From: Octopus sinensis
Lineage: Eukaryota
Assembly: GCF_006345805.1 (NCBI RefSeq)
Contig: NC_042997.1
Span: 147,684,001 to 147,748,000 of the forward strand
Length of the DNA: 64,000 bases
Direction of reading: 5' to 3'
Made by a program: the position numbers and the translations under genes. Below the pieces are notes generated by a model, which searched no databases, was not told the origin of the DNA, and was given only the letters and a program-made list of their open reading frames with translations. This document shows, piece by piece, positions 13,783-25,795 of this stretch (positions are counted from its first letter, which is position 1; every line of letters starts with the position of its first letter).

Positions 13783-14554
13783 TTCCAGAAATCCCTTGCT
13801 TTGCAGAGCTACCGGCGGGCACTGCCGGTTCGAGATAAACTCTACAGACACGGAAGTGCTGTCAGTCGCACTTGCCCGAAATGCGCGCAGAGCGACGAAA
13901 CCGTTCTGTACGCATTCGTCCAGTGTCCTTGCATTACTGACTTGTGGAGTTATGTTGAACAGCTGTTATCGCGTGTAGGATGGATCCGGCTATCGGCCGA
14001 GTCCAAAGTGAAGATCGATCCGCCGCTTTCCAATGGTCCGGAAGGGCAGGCAATTTTCCTCTGTCTGATAGCAGTAACGAAAGAGGTTGTATGGCGACTC
14101 AGGTTGAAAGGACTGAAGACAGACAGTTTTCTCTTCGGACAATCACTCATCGACTTTTTCAAATTTCATTTGGAAAGGAAGATGAGGGTGGAGAGAGAAA
14201 TGCTGCCTCCCAGTATATTTGCTAAGAAAAAAGGTGAGTGAATGTAGCGAAAATGACACGGGTGAGTGGACCTACTCTAATAATGCGCCTGTGGGCTAGT
14301 TAATTTGAGAGGGAGAAGGGTGCTCTTCCCAGATTCTCTCAAAGTGTCGAGTCGTTCAGGATTGGTGGGGTACCTGAGCCAACTCCAGGTGGTTACCTCC
14401 CCGCATTTAGGGAACTTTTATTGTTATATTCTCTTGCTGGATAACATTGTTATTCCTTTAATTGTGTACTCGTTGTTTCTGTGTAAACACCTCAAATTCC
14501 ATGTCTACTCTATCGTCCCCTATATGTCGGCCCTAGTGGCTAATAAATGAAATA
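13780..14554 (+). mobile_element. 5'-truncated L1/Tx1-clade LINE: ORF2 C-terminus (zf-RVT-type zinc motif) plus 3'UTR
   Basis: NFQKSLALQSYRRALPVRDKL...CPKCAQSDETVLYAFVQCPCITDLW matches the LPxxxxL...CxxC...ETxxHxxxxC...W pattern (H changed to Y); 3'UTR ends in stem-loop, AATAAA and GAAATA. Confidence 0.88.
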
Positions 14555-15916
14555 ATGGTAATAATAATAATAATTATTATTATTGTTATTATTATTATTA
14601 GTTAGCTTTTATATCAAATCGTACTATTTTTCTTACGTACTTGACACCTATTCTGTTATTGCAGAAATATTCCACAACAAGAGCAATCCAATAATGGGCA
14701 AACCAGCAGGTATCTCATCGTTTGAACTTTTCCACGAATATTCATACACACAAAGTAATTATATACGATCCAAAATGTAACTCAAGCATACACATTGTTA
14801 TACATACACATACAACATTCATGCAGACACACTCGGAACACTTTGAGACATGTTCACATACGCAAGAAAAATACACACACAAAATTACAAATAAAATAGC
14901 ATGCACATACGTACACACATAATCCACTCACATACGCATTCATATTTTGCATGCAAAAACATCGCACACACAAGCTAATACACGGATAAACACGCAAACA
15001 TTCCCAAAATAACGCACACATAGACAAGCACACACACTGTTTGGTCTTTCAGCAATATGCTATTTTGCGAACATATTAAGATCTCCTAGTGCGAAATCGA
15101 TTATATACGAAAATTATAACCTAATGCATTTAATTTACCTGACCTTATTATGCATATGTGTACAAAACATTTTAACCAGTGCCAGAAACAGTTAGAGATA
15201 TTTTTTTTTTCTGCAACGCATAAAATATATACCCGTATTTTGCATTATTTGTATTAAATTATACCGACGCAAACCATCGCTAGTTTCCATGGATTCCACT
15301 GTTTTGCTATATTGTATGCATTTATTTTGTTTTATTGAACGTACACTGTTAGTATCAATTTTACTTGTGTCCAATATTTCCATTCATAGTACGGCTCGAT
15401 CACATTTAGTGTTGGCCAAACATTCATCATCTCTCTGGCGTTAGTTTTCATTCTCATTTATATCCTAGAGATACATACGAATACCTCTAGGCGGTCTTAG
15501 CGTGTTGGCTTTGGTCTAAACAATAACTACAACTACAAAGAGTTAAATACTTTAATGTGTTTTGGCAAGGATTCGAGACGAAGGAAATTCGTCTACGATT
15601 TCTGGCTTGTTTAAAGACCGAGTATTCCATTGGTCTTTGTAAATGGAAGTTTATTTGTTTGTTTGTTTGTTTGCTTGTTACTCTTTCGATGCTTTAATAC
15701 GAAATGTTCGCGATAGTAACGATAAAACTTGTTTTTATATAGTTATTGATACTGTATTCTACGATTCTGAGTGCTAAATGCCGCTGGATATATATTCATT
15801 CAAATTCACCATCAAGTCAAAGATGTGTGGTTAAGAATCTCTCTTTTGTAACCTCGTGGTTTCGGATTCAGCCCCGCTGCGCAACACCTCCTGACTGAAC
15901 TTGGTGTACAGAAACT

Positions 15917-15939
15917 GTATGTATGTATGTATGTATGGT

Positions 15940-15973
<34 letters not shown>

Positions 15974-16028
15974 TGTATGTATGTATGTGTGTATGTGTGT
16001 ATGTATGTATGTATGTATGTATGCATGT
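15917..16028. repeat. (TATG)n tract inside a decayed SINE-A (about 15820-16230)
   Basis: Direct reading; flanked by degenerate SINE-A head and right half. Confidence 0.85.
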
Positions 16029-16292
16029 ATAACTTTGTGTGTGTGTCCTTGTTTCTGTATTTGGTTCTCTACCCCGTTCCATATCTTCCGATGGTTTGTT
16101 TACGTCTCTGTAACTAGCAGTTCGACAAAACCGATTGATAGAATAAGTACCAAACTTAAGTAATTAGTACAAGGTGCATCTCAGCGTCGCCGCACGCCAG
16201 TAACTAGAACAAATAAAAGTTAAATAATAATTATCTGGGAATTATAAAGGTATGCCATTTTGCTAAGAGAATTCAATGAACCAGAAAATTTT

Positions 16293-16855
16293 AATGGTTT
16301 CAAATTTGGATACAAGGTCAACATTTTTAGGGGAGAGAATACGTCGATCTCAGCGTTCCCCTGATAGTTATTTTGTCGATTTCGATGGGATGAATGGCAA
16401 AGTCAACCTCGGTGGAACTGGAACGCAAAGCCAGAATAAATGTCGCTAAGTGGGCGGGTAAATTCTTTGCTATTCTAGGCATAAGGCCCGAAATTTTGAG
16501 GGAGGAGGCCAGTCGATTAGATCGACTCCAGTACGCAACTGGTACTTAATTTATCGACCCCCAAAAGGCAAAGTCGACCTCGGCGGAATTTGAACTCAGA
16601 ACGTAAAGACAGACGAAATGTCTATTTCTTTACTACCCACAAGGGGCTAAACACAGAGGGGACAAACAGGGACAGACAAACGGATTAAGTCGATCATATC
16701 GACCCTAGTGCGTAATTGGTACTTATTTAATCGAGCCCGAAAGGATGAAAGGCAATGTCGATCTCGGTGGAATTTGAACTCAGAACGTAATGGCAGACAA
16801 AATACTGCTAAGCATTTCGGCCGGCGTGCTAACGTGTCTGCCAGCTCGCCGCCTT
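16293..16855 (-). mobile_element. Diverged SINE-B (16293-16455) plus a SINE-B/B' dimer (16463-16855)
   Basis: Same architecture as 9162-9520; 171-bp B' segment at 16623-16793. Confidence 0.9.
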
Positions 16856-17623
16856 AGTGAACGAGTAAATTAATAAAATGAATATTGCATTGTTTCATAC
16901 TTTTGCGAGACTTTGTAAAGGAGATGAATGAGTACTGTATTATAAAATATATTGCTTGCATAACTTATTCATTTCTGTCAGAGATTTAAATGCAAATGAT
17001 ATTAACTAAATTGAGTGAAAAAACACAACAGCTTGACTGAAAGAATTCTTATAATTTTAGAACCGTAGCAGGGCCGAACGCATTACCACTAACAGAGTGC
17101 CTATAGACCTCTACTATTGGTGTACAGGGATAACATCAGATTTGTATTATAATTGTAGCTGTTAATTTATAAATTGTTACGGCGTTAATTTAATCTGCTA
17201 ACGTTGACGAAGTGTGATACCTCGCTATGCTGGGCATTAATGGAAACAACTTCACTGCTCGTGCTCTGTAGCTCATGAATTATCTATGAAGTGAGATATG
17301 TGTGAGCATAACAAACTATAGTTATATATCTGTTATATAAACACTGGTATTGCCTAATTTACATAACAAGTTACCATACTTTGTCTTTAAAAGGTTTACG
17401 CCTTTAAATAATTGAATATGATGAATAAGATTAATATTTTCTCGAAGGAAATTATTAATATAAAGTGACTTCGCACCATTCCCAACGAAAGGTGAAAATA
17501 AATCATAAACATCGCTCGGTTATTAATACAAATCTACTAAAATATTTTTCATGCTCCTATTGTGAAATCCATAGTCATATTTCCCAACTGCCTCTCTATC
17601 TGTCTCTCGCTCTCACTCGCTTT

Positions 17624-17626
<3 letters not shown>

Positions 17627-17698
<72 letters not shown>
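17627..17698. repeat. (TATC)n / (GATA)n tetranucleotide
   Basis: Direct reading. Confidence 0.97.
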
Positions 17699-18326
17699 GC
17701 TGTATGTCTGTCTGTCTGTATTTCTGTCTGTCTGTCTTTTTCTTTATCTATATATATTTATGTACATACGTGTTTGTATGCATGTGCGTGCGTGCATTTG
17801 AGTGTGTGTGTATGTGTATGTGTGTTGCTTGTGTGTGGGTATTTTATTGCACTTTAGAATAAGGTACTTTCTTGGGATCAAACTTTAATGTTATTAATCT
17901 ACCTCTATTTTGTCTGTGCAGTATCTCATTCAGGCAAAACATAGGTGAATGAATTCTGTATGTTGCAACGGTTCCTTCATATCATCGAACGACTACTCTG
18001 AAGAAATCAACCATTTCTCATTGCTGAAATAAATTCATTTGTGTGTTGAAGCAATTCTGCATTTCTGAGTCTGCGTATTTTAGGATGACCTTCACTCTAT
18101 CTGACAGAATTTCAATGAAATACACAGTTCACGGACGACGTCAAATGTTCTACTCAGTATATGAACTCTATCAGACACAAGGAGAGGACAAACATTGTCG
18201 TTCTCTCTCCCCAAACGTGTCATCCACTCATTCAGCAGCTACTAAAATATCATGTAATCATCTGGCAATGTTCCAAATACGGTCTCTATCTACCTGTCTG
18301 CCTGTCGGTCTGTCTGTTTGACTGTT

Positions 18327-18750
18327 TATCTTTCTTTTATTCTTTTATCTGTTTCAGCCATTTGACTGCGGCCATGCTGGGGCACCGCCTTTAGTCGAGC
18401 AAGTCGACCCCAGGACTTATTCTTTGTAAGCCTAGTACTTATTCTATCAGTCTCTCTTGCCGAATCGCTAAGTGACAGGGACGTAAACACACCACCATCG
18501 GATGTCAAGCGATGTTGGGGGGGACAAACACAGACACACAAACATATACATATATATAATATATATATATATATATATACGACGGGCTTCTTTCAGTTTC
18601 CGTCTACTAAATCCACTCACAAGTCTTCTACTATAGCCTCGGCTCGAGGCTATAGTTGAAGAGACTTGCCCAAGGTGCCACGCAGTGGGACTGAACCCGG
18701 AACCATGTGATTGGCAAGCAAGCTACTTACCACACAGCCACTCCTGCGCC
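18327..18750 (-). mobile_element. SINE-A, full length
   Basis: Reverse complement begins ggcgcaggagtggctgtgtggtaagtagcttgcttgcc; local palindromic replacement at 18620-18668. Confidence 0.93.
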
Positions 18751-19294
18751 TATATCTATCTATATCTATCTATATATAAGGTACCATGCGTGTGTGTATT
18801 TGTGTGTGTTTGTGTGTGTAAGCGCGTGTGTTTGTGTGTATGCCTGTGTGTGTGTGTGTGTGTGCATCTGTGTTTGTCTGTGTATGCATCTGTTTGCCGA
18901 CATGCTCTATCGAGTGGTCTTCTGTATACTGTACATGAATTCCCAGACACACACACACACAAACACATACATGTACACAAACGCATGGTATATATTTATA
19001 TCTAAATTCATCCTGAGAATTCTTTCAATAAACAGGGATTTTAGTTCTTACAAAAATCAGGTTCTTTGCTGGTATTTGCAAAACAAATGCGGTAAAATAT
19101 TTTACAATTTAAAGTTTAGGAAAAAAAACTTAGAAAATTTGCCACTGTGCTTAGAAAACTATCATATATGCTTAAATGCGAGACTGAACACATAACCACA
19201 GGGTTCGGAAGCGAACTTCTTACCACACAATAATGCCAGCAACCCCCTCAACACACACATGCAAACAAACTCTCGCACATATACACACATATCT

Positions 19295-19525
19295 TTTATC
19301 TTTTATCTTTTGAATCAGTCATTACACTGCGACCATATTAGGGCACCGCTTTGAAGACTTTCTAGTCGAATCTATCAATACCAAAGCTTACATTTTATGA
19401 GACAGGTACTTATTCCATCTTTCTATTTCTTTCGAACCGCTGTCTTACGGGAACATAAACACACTAGCGCTAGTTGTCAAACGGTGGTGGGGGGCCAAAC
19501 TCAGACACAAAGACACATAAAAATA
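19295..19525 (-). mobile_element. Diverged SINE-A right half
   Basis: ttttatcttt...cagtcattacactgcgaccatattagggcaccgc...ttcgaaccgctgtcttacgggaacataaac. Confidence 0.75.
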
Positions 19526-19534
19526 AACATGAAC

Positions 19535-19623
<89 letters not shown>

Positions 19624-20526
19624 AGAAGCACAGAAATCAATTATAGCTCTAAACTGATGTGGATCGGAACGATTTTAGTTGAAAATATTAAGATATATTT
19701 ACAGGTACCAGTTTACATACAGTAGACTGCTGGAGAAAGTTCTATCATATATATATATTTGTATGTTTGTATGTGTTTTTAACACACACACACACACACA
19801 CACATCCTAACATGCACATATATACATATATAGGTATGTACACATACACACACATACACATATATATATGTATATATATATATATATATATACATATATA
19901 TTAACCATATATATATATATATATTTACATATATATTTCTACCATATATATATATATACATATACATTTATATATGTCAATATACATATATATATATAAG
20001 TGTGTGTGCACACACATACACTCATATGTATATGCATATATGTGACATATACACACACGCATTTATAGATATATGTTGGTGTAGAATTTCGAGTGTATAC
20101 ATGTATGTATTTATTTATTGTCTGGTATTTATAGGTTTATGTATTCATATGTTATACTATATTTTTGAATTAGAGAGTGCAGAGTTATCCTCATATGATA
20201 AAAACCATGTCTCATCTGAATAAAGTTATAATGTGATATAAAACAAATATAATTACTTTAGCCTAGAGCATTTAAAAATCACACGGGTTTGATTTGTCTG
20301 ATGAGTGGAATATATAAAACCTATTATCTAGCCATTCACGTTAAGTGAAAAGGTGACAAAATGATGAGATTGTTGACTCGAGAGAGAACCTATATTTTTT
20401 TATAGCAGCTGTCACTATGATGACAGCCCATTCATAATAATCTTCAATATAAAGCAAAAGCAACAAAAAAATATCACCACCACCACCACCAATTATTATT
20501 ATTATTACAATGATGATGATGATGAC

Positions 20527-21333
20527 TTCAATTCTTGGCACAAGGCCAACAAGTTCGGGTTAAAGGGCAAGTCGATTACATCTACCTCAGTGAGTAACTG
20601 GTACTTACTTTATCGACCCTAAAATAATGAAAGGTAAAGTCGACCTCGGCGGATATTGAACTCAAAACGTAAAGACGGATGAAACGCCGCTATGCATTTT
20701 GTCCGGCATGCCAACTATTCTGTCAGCTCGCCGCCTTAATATTAATAATAATAATAATCCTTTCTACTAAAGTCACAAATCCTGTCATTTGGGAGGATGG
20801 GTCTAATCGATATATCGACCCCAGTGTTCCACTGGTATTTAATCTATTCACTCCGAAATGATGAAAGGCAAAGCGGACCTCGGCGGCATTTGAACTCAGA
20901 ACGTAGCAACTGGCGAAATATGGCTAAGCATTCCGTCCAGCGTGCTAACGATTTTGCCAGCTCGTTTACTTGTTTCAGTCATTAGACTGCGGCCATGCTG
21001 GAGCACTGCCTTTGAGAATTTTTAGTTGAATGAATCAGACACCAGTACTTTTATTTTCTTTTAAGCCTGGTACTTATTCTATCAGATTCTTTTACCGAAA
21101 TGTTAAGCTACAGAGACGTAAACACATCAACGGCAGTTGTAAAATGCTTTTGTAACACACACACGCGCACACAAACACACACATATACGATGGGCGTCTT
21201 TAAGTTTCCGTTTGCCAAGGTTTTGTCGGCCCAAGGCTATAGTAGAGGACACTTAGTCAAGGTGACATGCAGTAGAACTGAACCTGGAACTATGTGGTTG
21301 GGAAGCAAGCTTCTTACCACACGGCCACACCTG
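20527..21333 (-). mobile_element. Two head-to-tail SINE-B copies (20527-20737, 20741-20964) abutting a SINE-A (20965-21333)
   Basis: Shared gtcgacctcggcgg...gaactcagaacgta...gccagctcg motifs; (AAT)n tail joins the copies. Confidence 0.88.
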
Positions 21334-21464
21334 TATTTTCGCAAATTCTCTTCTAATTTATGAATACTTTATGCAGAAGCCATTTTTTGACCAGCAGTGA
21401 TCGTTGTTATTAGATTATTTCTCAAGATGGCGAAAATCACGAAAAGAACGATGACAGTCGTATT

Positions 21465-21680
21465 GGTTTCAAATTTTGGAACAATACCAGCAATTTCTGG
21501 TGAATGGGACAGTCGATTACATCGACCTCAGTGTTCAACTGGTACTTATTTTATCGTCCCCGAAGAGAAAAAAAAAAAGAAAGTCAACCGCGGTGGAAAT
21601 TGAACTTAGTTCGTAAAGACGGACGTAACACTGCCGAACATTTTAGCAGGTGTTCTAACAGTTCAGCCAACTTGCAGACT
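21465..21680 (-). mobile_element. Diverged SINE-B
   Basis: ggtttcaaattttgg...agtcgattacatcgacctcagtgttcaactggtacttattttatcg... Confidence 0.82.
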
Positions 21681-22184
21681 TCCCCGGTGACTTATATTAA
21701 TAATAATCATTATAAGTAATAATAGTTGTAATGGTGGAGAGAGTAGTTATGGTGGTGATGATTGTTATAATTCAAACAGTGGTGATGGTAGTACTTGCAG
21801 AGATGATGAATTTCACTACTGCCCTACTAGGTACTGATAATAATGATAATGAAAGGAGAAGGAAGAGCAGGAGGAATGCAGATATCTCAACGTTGTGTTG
21901 CTGTTATTAGCGCTTCTGTTTTTGAATGTTGATGATAGTAATAACAAAAAAAAAAAAAATAGCTAATACATAATGCATACACACACGCACACATGTATAT
22001 ATACACATATATACATACATATACATTCCTGAAAGTTTCATCCGAATTCAGCGGTTCTTGAGAAATCTTGTCCACAGACAAACAGACAAACACAACTGAA
22101 AAACAATACCTCCGCCTTCGCTAAGGCAGAGATGATGATGATAATAATAATAATAATAATAACAACAACAACAAAAACAACAAC

Positions 22185-22240
<56 letters not shown>

Positions 22241-22265
22241 TAATAATGATAATAATAATAATAAT

Positions 22266-23056
22266 AATTTCAATTTCTGGCGCAAGGCCAACAAGTCCTG
22301 GGTAGATGGCAAGTCAATAACATCTACCCCAGTGTTCAATTGGTACTTATTTTATCGACCCTGAAATTACGAAAGGCAAACTCGAACGTAGAAACGCCGC
22401 TAAGCATTCTGCCCGGTGTACCAACTGTTCTGCCAGCTCGCCGACTTATTAGTAATAATAGTTAATTCTACTGTAGGCAGAAGGCCTGAAATTTTGTGGG
22501 AGGGAAGTCGATTATATCGACCCCAGTACTCAGCTTGTATTTAATTTGTTATTGTTGTTGTTGTTTCTTCCTTCTCGATCTACGCCTGGCTCATAGGGCC
22601 AGTTTCTCGGTTTCCTTGGTGTATAGGTTCCCCACCTGGACGGGACGCCGGTCCGTCGCAGGTGAGCTGAAAGATGCAGGAGGGAAGGGTGAGGCAAAGT
22701 TGTGGCGAAAGAGTCAGCAGAAGTTCGGCATTACCTTCTGCCGGAGCGACGTGGAGCTTAGGTGTCTCGCTCACAAACACACACATCACCCGGTCTGAGA
22801 TTCGAACCTGCGATCCCTCGACTACGTGTCCGCTGCTCTAACCATGTGCCTCCACGCTCGTCGCTTTAATAATAATCTTTTCTACTATAAATACAAGGTC
22901 TGAAATTTGGGGGAGTGGACTTGTCAATAACATCGACCTCAGTGTTTCGTTAGTACTTCATTTATCGACCCCGAAAAGGAGCCCTTTTGGCGGAAGGGAT
23001 TAGTCGATTACACCGACCCCAGTGTTCAATTGGTACTTGTTTTATCGACCCCGACA
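22266..23056 (-). mobile_element. Chain of SINE-B copies and fragments (22266-22446, 22450-22540, 22856-22977, 22985-23056) after a long (AAT)n tract (22140-22266)
   Basis: Repeated gtcgattatatcgaccccagt / actggtacttattttatcgacccc blocks. Confidence 0.85.
22546..22855 (-). mobile_element. SINE-C (tRNA-derived) with tail type 1 ending (AAC)n, nested in a SINE-B head
   Basis: Reverse complement gtggaggcacatggttagagcagcggac...ggttcgaatctcagaccggg...; first about 190 bp homologous to 49723-49905; SINE-B head stub aaagcgacgagc directly 5' of it. Confidence 0.88.
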
Positions 23057-23059
23057 TTG

Positions 23060-23470
23060 ACTACATCATCTCTGACAACCCGGTCTTTGCCAACACTTCA
23101 TACATTGAAAACATTAGACAGACTTGATGCATTATCTGGCAGAAAACCATGTAGCATACATCGATCAAGATGAAACAAACAGAACAGATGTTATTATCAA
23201 GAACTGGAAAAGAAATTAATGTACTTCCATTTGGATTTCTTCTGAACAAAACATTGCGCGGAAGTGAAATGGAGAAACAGTTAAAGTAAAAGAATTTTGA
23301 CATTTAAATAAGCACGGTGTAGGGCATGAAAGTTAAAACTGGAGACATGGGTATGATAAAAATTGGGAGGAAAGCTATAAAAACTATACCAGGCTACACA
23401 ATGATGCACACGATACAAATATTTAGAAAGCACCATCAATCCAATAGAACGACTCAAGTAATACATCCTA
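23060..23470 (+). pseudogene. Probable decayed non-LTR reverse transcriptase fragment
   Basis: YKYLESTIN at about 23414-23440 resembles the RT YKYLGSxI motif, with weak GMK-V and P-x-F-N-x-YIE-like motifs upstream; many stops. Confidence 0.35.
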
Positions 23471-23958
23471 TGCTCACAGCACACACCTTGTATAATAAAA
23501 ACCCATTAAAATAACACCATTCGAACAACAAATACTTTACTGAATCACGACTTAATAAATTCACTCATATTTTTATATAATCGATATCGGGCTCTATAGC
23601 ACCAACAAGCCGCTCAACTCACATTAGATAAAGTCACCGTTTATTAATATGAAACAACCCACGCAGCATATAAACTGCATAATCAGTATCAACAATAAAA
23701 CACAACTTCACCAATCAGAAAGCACATATGAAACACAAAAAGCACCTAGAAGTTGATACAGCACATATTGCACATTCTCTGAATTGCAAATAAGACATTA
23801 AAATATCTGTAGAAACAAAATATGATTCATAACAAAAGCAAAACAAGAGCAGACAAAGAGAGCTCTACATACCCCAATAAGAGAATGCTGCATTCACCTC
23901 AGTAACAAGCGTCTTAATTTGCTGGTGCTCTAGTAATTCGCATAAAACATTTGCATAA

Positions 23959-24002
<44 letters not shown>

Positions 24003-25469
24003 ACAACAACAACAACAACAACAATAATAAACAAGATGATACGGCTCAGTTTTATTCTAATTCTAACAATACAGGCTATCTTCAAATATGCAACCGCGTC
24101 TTAAGAACGGGTTTACAGAACATGTGTAGGTGTCGTCACACTGTTATATAAGAACGAGAGATGAGGAATATGTTGTTTAATGTATTAGGACATCACAAAT
24201 TGGTAAATAAGCGCAAATAAATTAGACCAAGTTTTTATATGTGTGTATGTGTGCGCGCGCGCGTGTGTGTGTACATATATGTGCAGGACTAAAATAAACG
24301 AATATGGGTAATTTGCACGTTTGAGAAATCAAGATTTTGTGTTGCCTATTATACTAGAATGCGTTCCACTACCACATTAATTGAATAGTTATCCTCGAGG
24401 TTGTACAACATATTGAACAGGTCAGGACTCTCCTTTCGAACCACTATGACAGTTGTAAGATTGTGGAAGTTTGTGTCTCTTCTTGCAATTTAAATGCTTT
24501 CCAGTTACTCTGAATACATTTGTCCCATTGTTATCAGCAGCGTGATACTCACATCTACCCTGCATATCTTCTTTGTCGTCTCGAGACTATAGGAAGGTCT
24601 TCTTAGGAAGGTGTACCCATTCTTTTGGCTGACGGCTCCTAAGACTTAAGAGGTAATGATTTCTGTCGTCATCTTAAGCACTACAACAGATAATGCCAGT
24701 AGACATACTCTAGAAACAACAGCTTCTTGTCAGTGTTGTAAATATCGCTGAATCTTCTATTCTTTTTTAACGTTTCTCAATTTCTCATATATACGAAATC
24801 CTCCGATTTCTGTTGCTGACACATGTGTTACAGCTAGACCTTTTTTCGTGGACTACAAGTCTCATATCCTTTACCTTCATACTCCAGACATGGCAAGTTT
24901 TGAAATAATGTTAAGGTCTTCGTGGGCAATTTAAAAATTTGATATGAATTAATACTCCACATAAAACTTTGTTTTATTTTTTCCTTGATGTCTCTTCCAT
25001 TACTGTCATTGCTGTTCCACAAAGCTTGACAACAAACCAAGGGTCTGCTTTATTATTTCCAACCTTTTGCGTAACTCTCATTTTGTATCGAACCATATAT
25101 TGAGAAACTAGAATTTGAGTGAGTAGGTGTTTGATGCACCCGATTAGATTCCTTTTTCAGTTCACCCATAATCTAAAGAATTGGATATATTATTTCTTAG
25201 GCTTTATCTTGTCTGACAGAGAAAATTATCACCCCACACATCGTCAGGGTTACTTCAAGCATAGGAAAACCTTGTCTATTCTGCGTAATTTTTCTCCTCT
25301 ACGATCCTTAATCGAAGAGATATACAAAAATATGCCCTACAAAGGGACATAAGTCTCCCAAACAAGTATATTCTCACCAAGATTTGAACTCATTTGTTCT
25401 ACTCTATATATCCTCTAAACTTAATAGAAAACAACAGGAGCAGCAACAACAACAACAGTAACACAAATA

Positions 25470-25795
25470 TTCTTTTCTACTCTAGGCACAAAGCCCGCAA
25501 TTTTGGGGGAGGGGGCAGTCGATTAGATCAACCTCAGTACGCAACTAGTACTAAATTTATCGACCCCGGCGGAAATAGTAACACAAATATTGATAGCGAT
25601 TATGTTTAAGATAGCGAGCTGGTAGAATCGCTTGTATGTCGGGGGAAAAGTTTAGTTTAATTTCCGTCGAGGCCGACTTTGTCTTTCATCCTTTCGGAGT
25701 TGGTAAAATAAGTACCACTTGAGTACTGGGGATCGATGTTATCGACTTAACCTTCTCCCCAAAATTGCTGGCCTTGTACCAAAATGCTAAAGCTA
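25470..25795. mobile_element. Two SINE-B pieces in opposite orientation (25470-25572 minus, 25610-25795 plus)
   Basis: Tail and central-domain motifs on both strands. Confidence 0.8.

Noticed and set aside
17922-17944. 23-nt micro-exon (tgtgcag|...catag|gtgaat)
   Set aside because: Good splice signals occur by chance in 64 kb; no partner exons or recognisable peptide.
24400-25430. Decayed LINE ORF2 on the minus strand
   Set aside because: Only vague motif resemblances with many stops; cannot be supported by eye.
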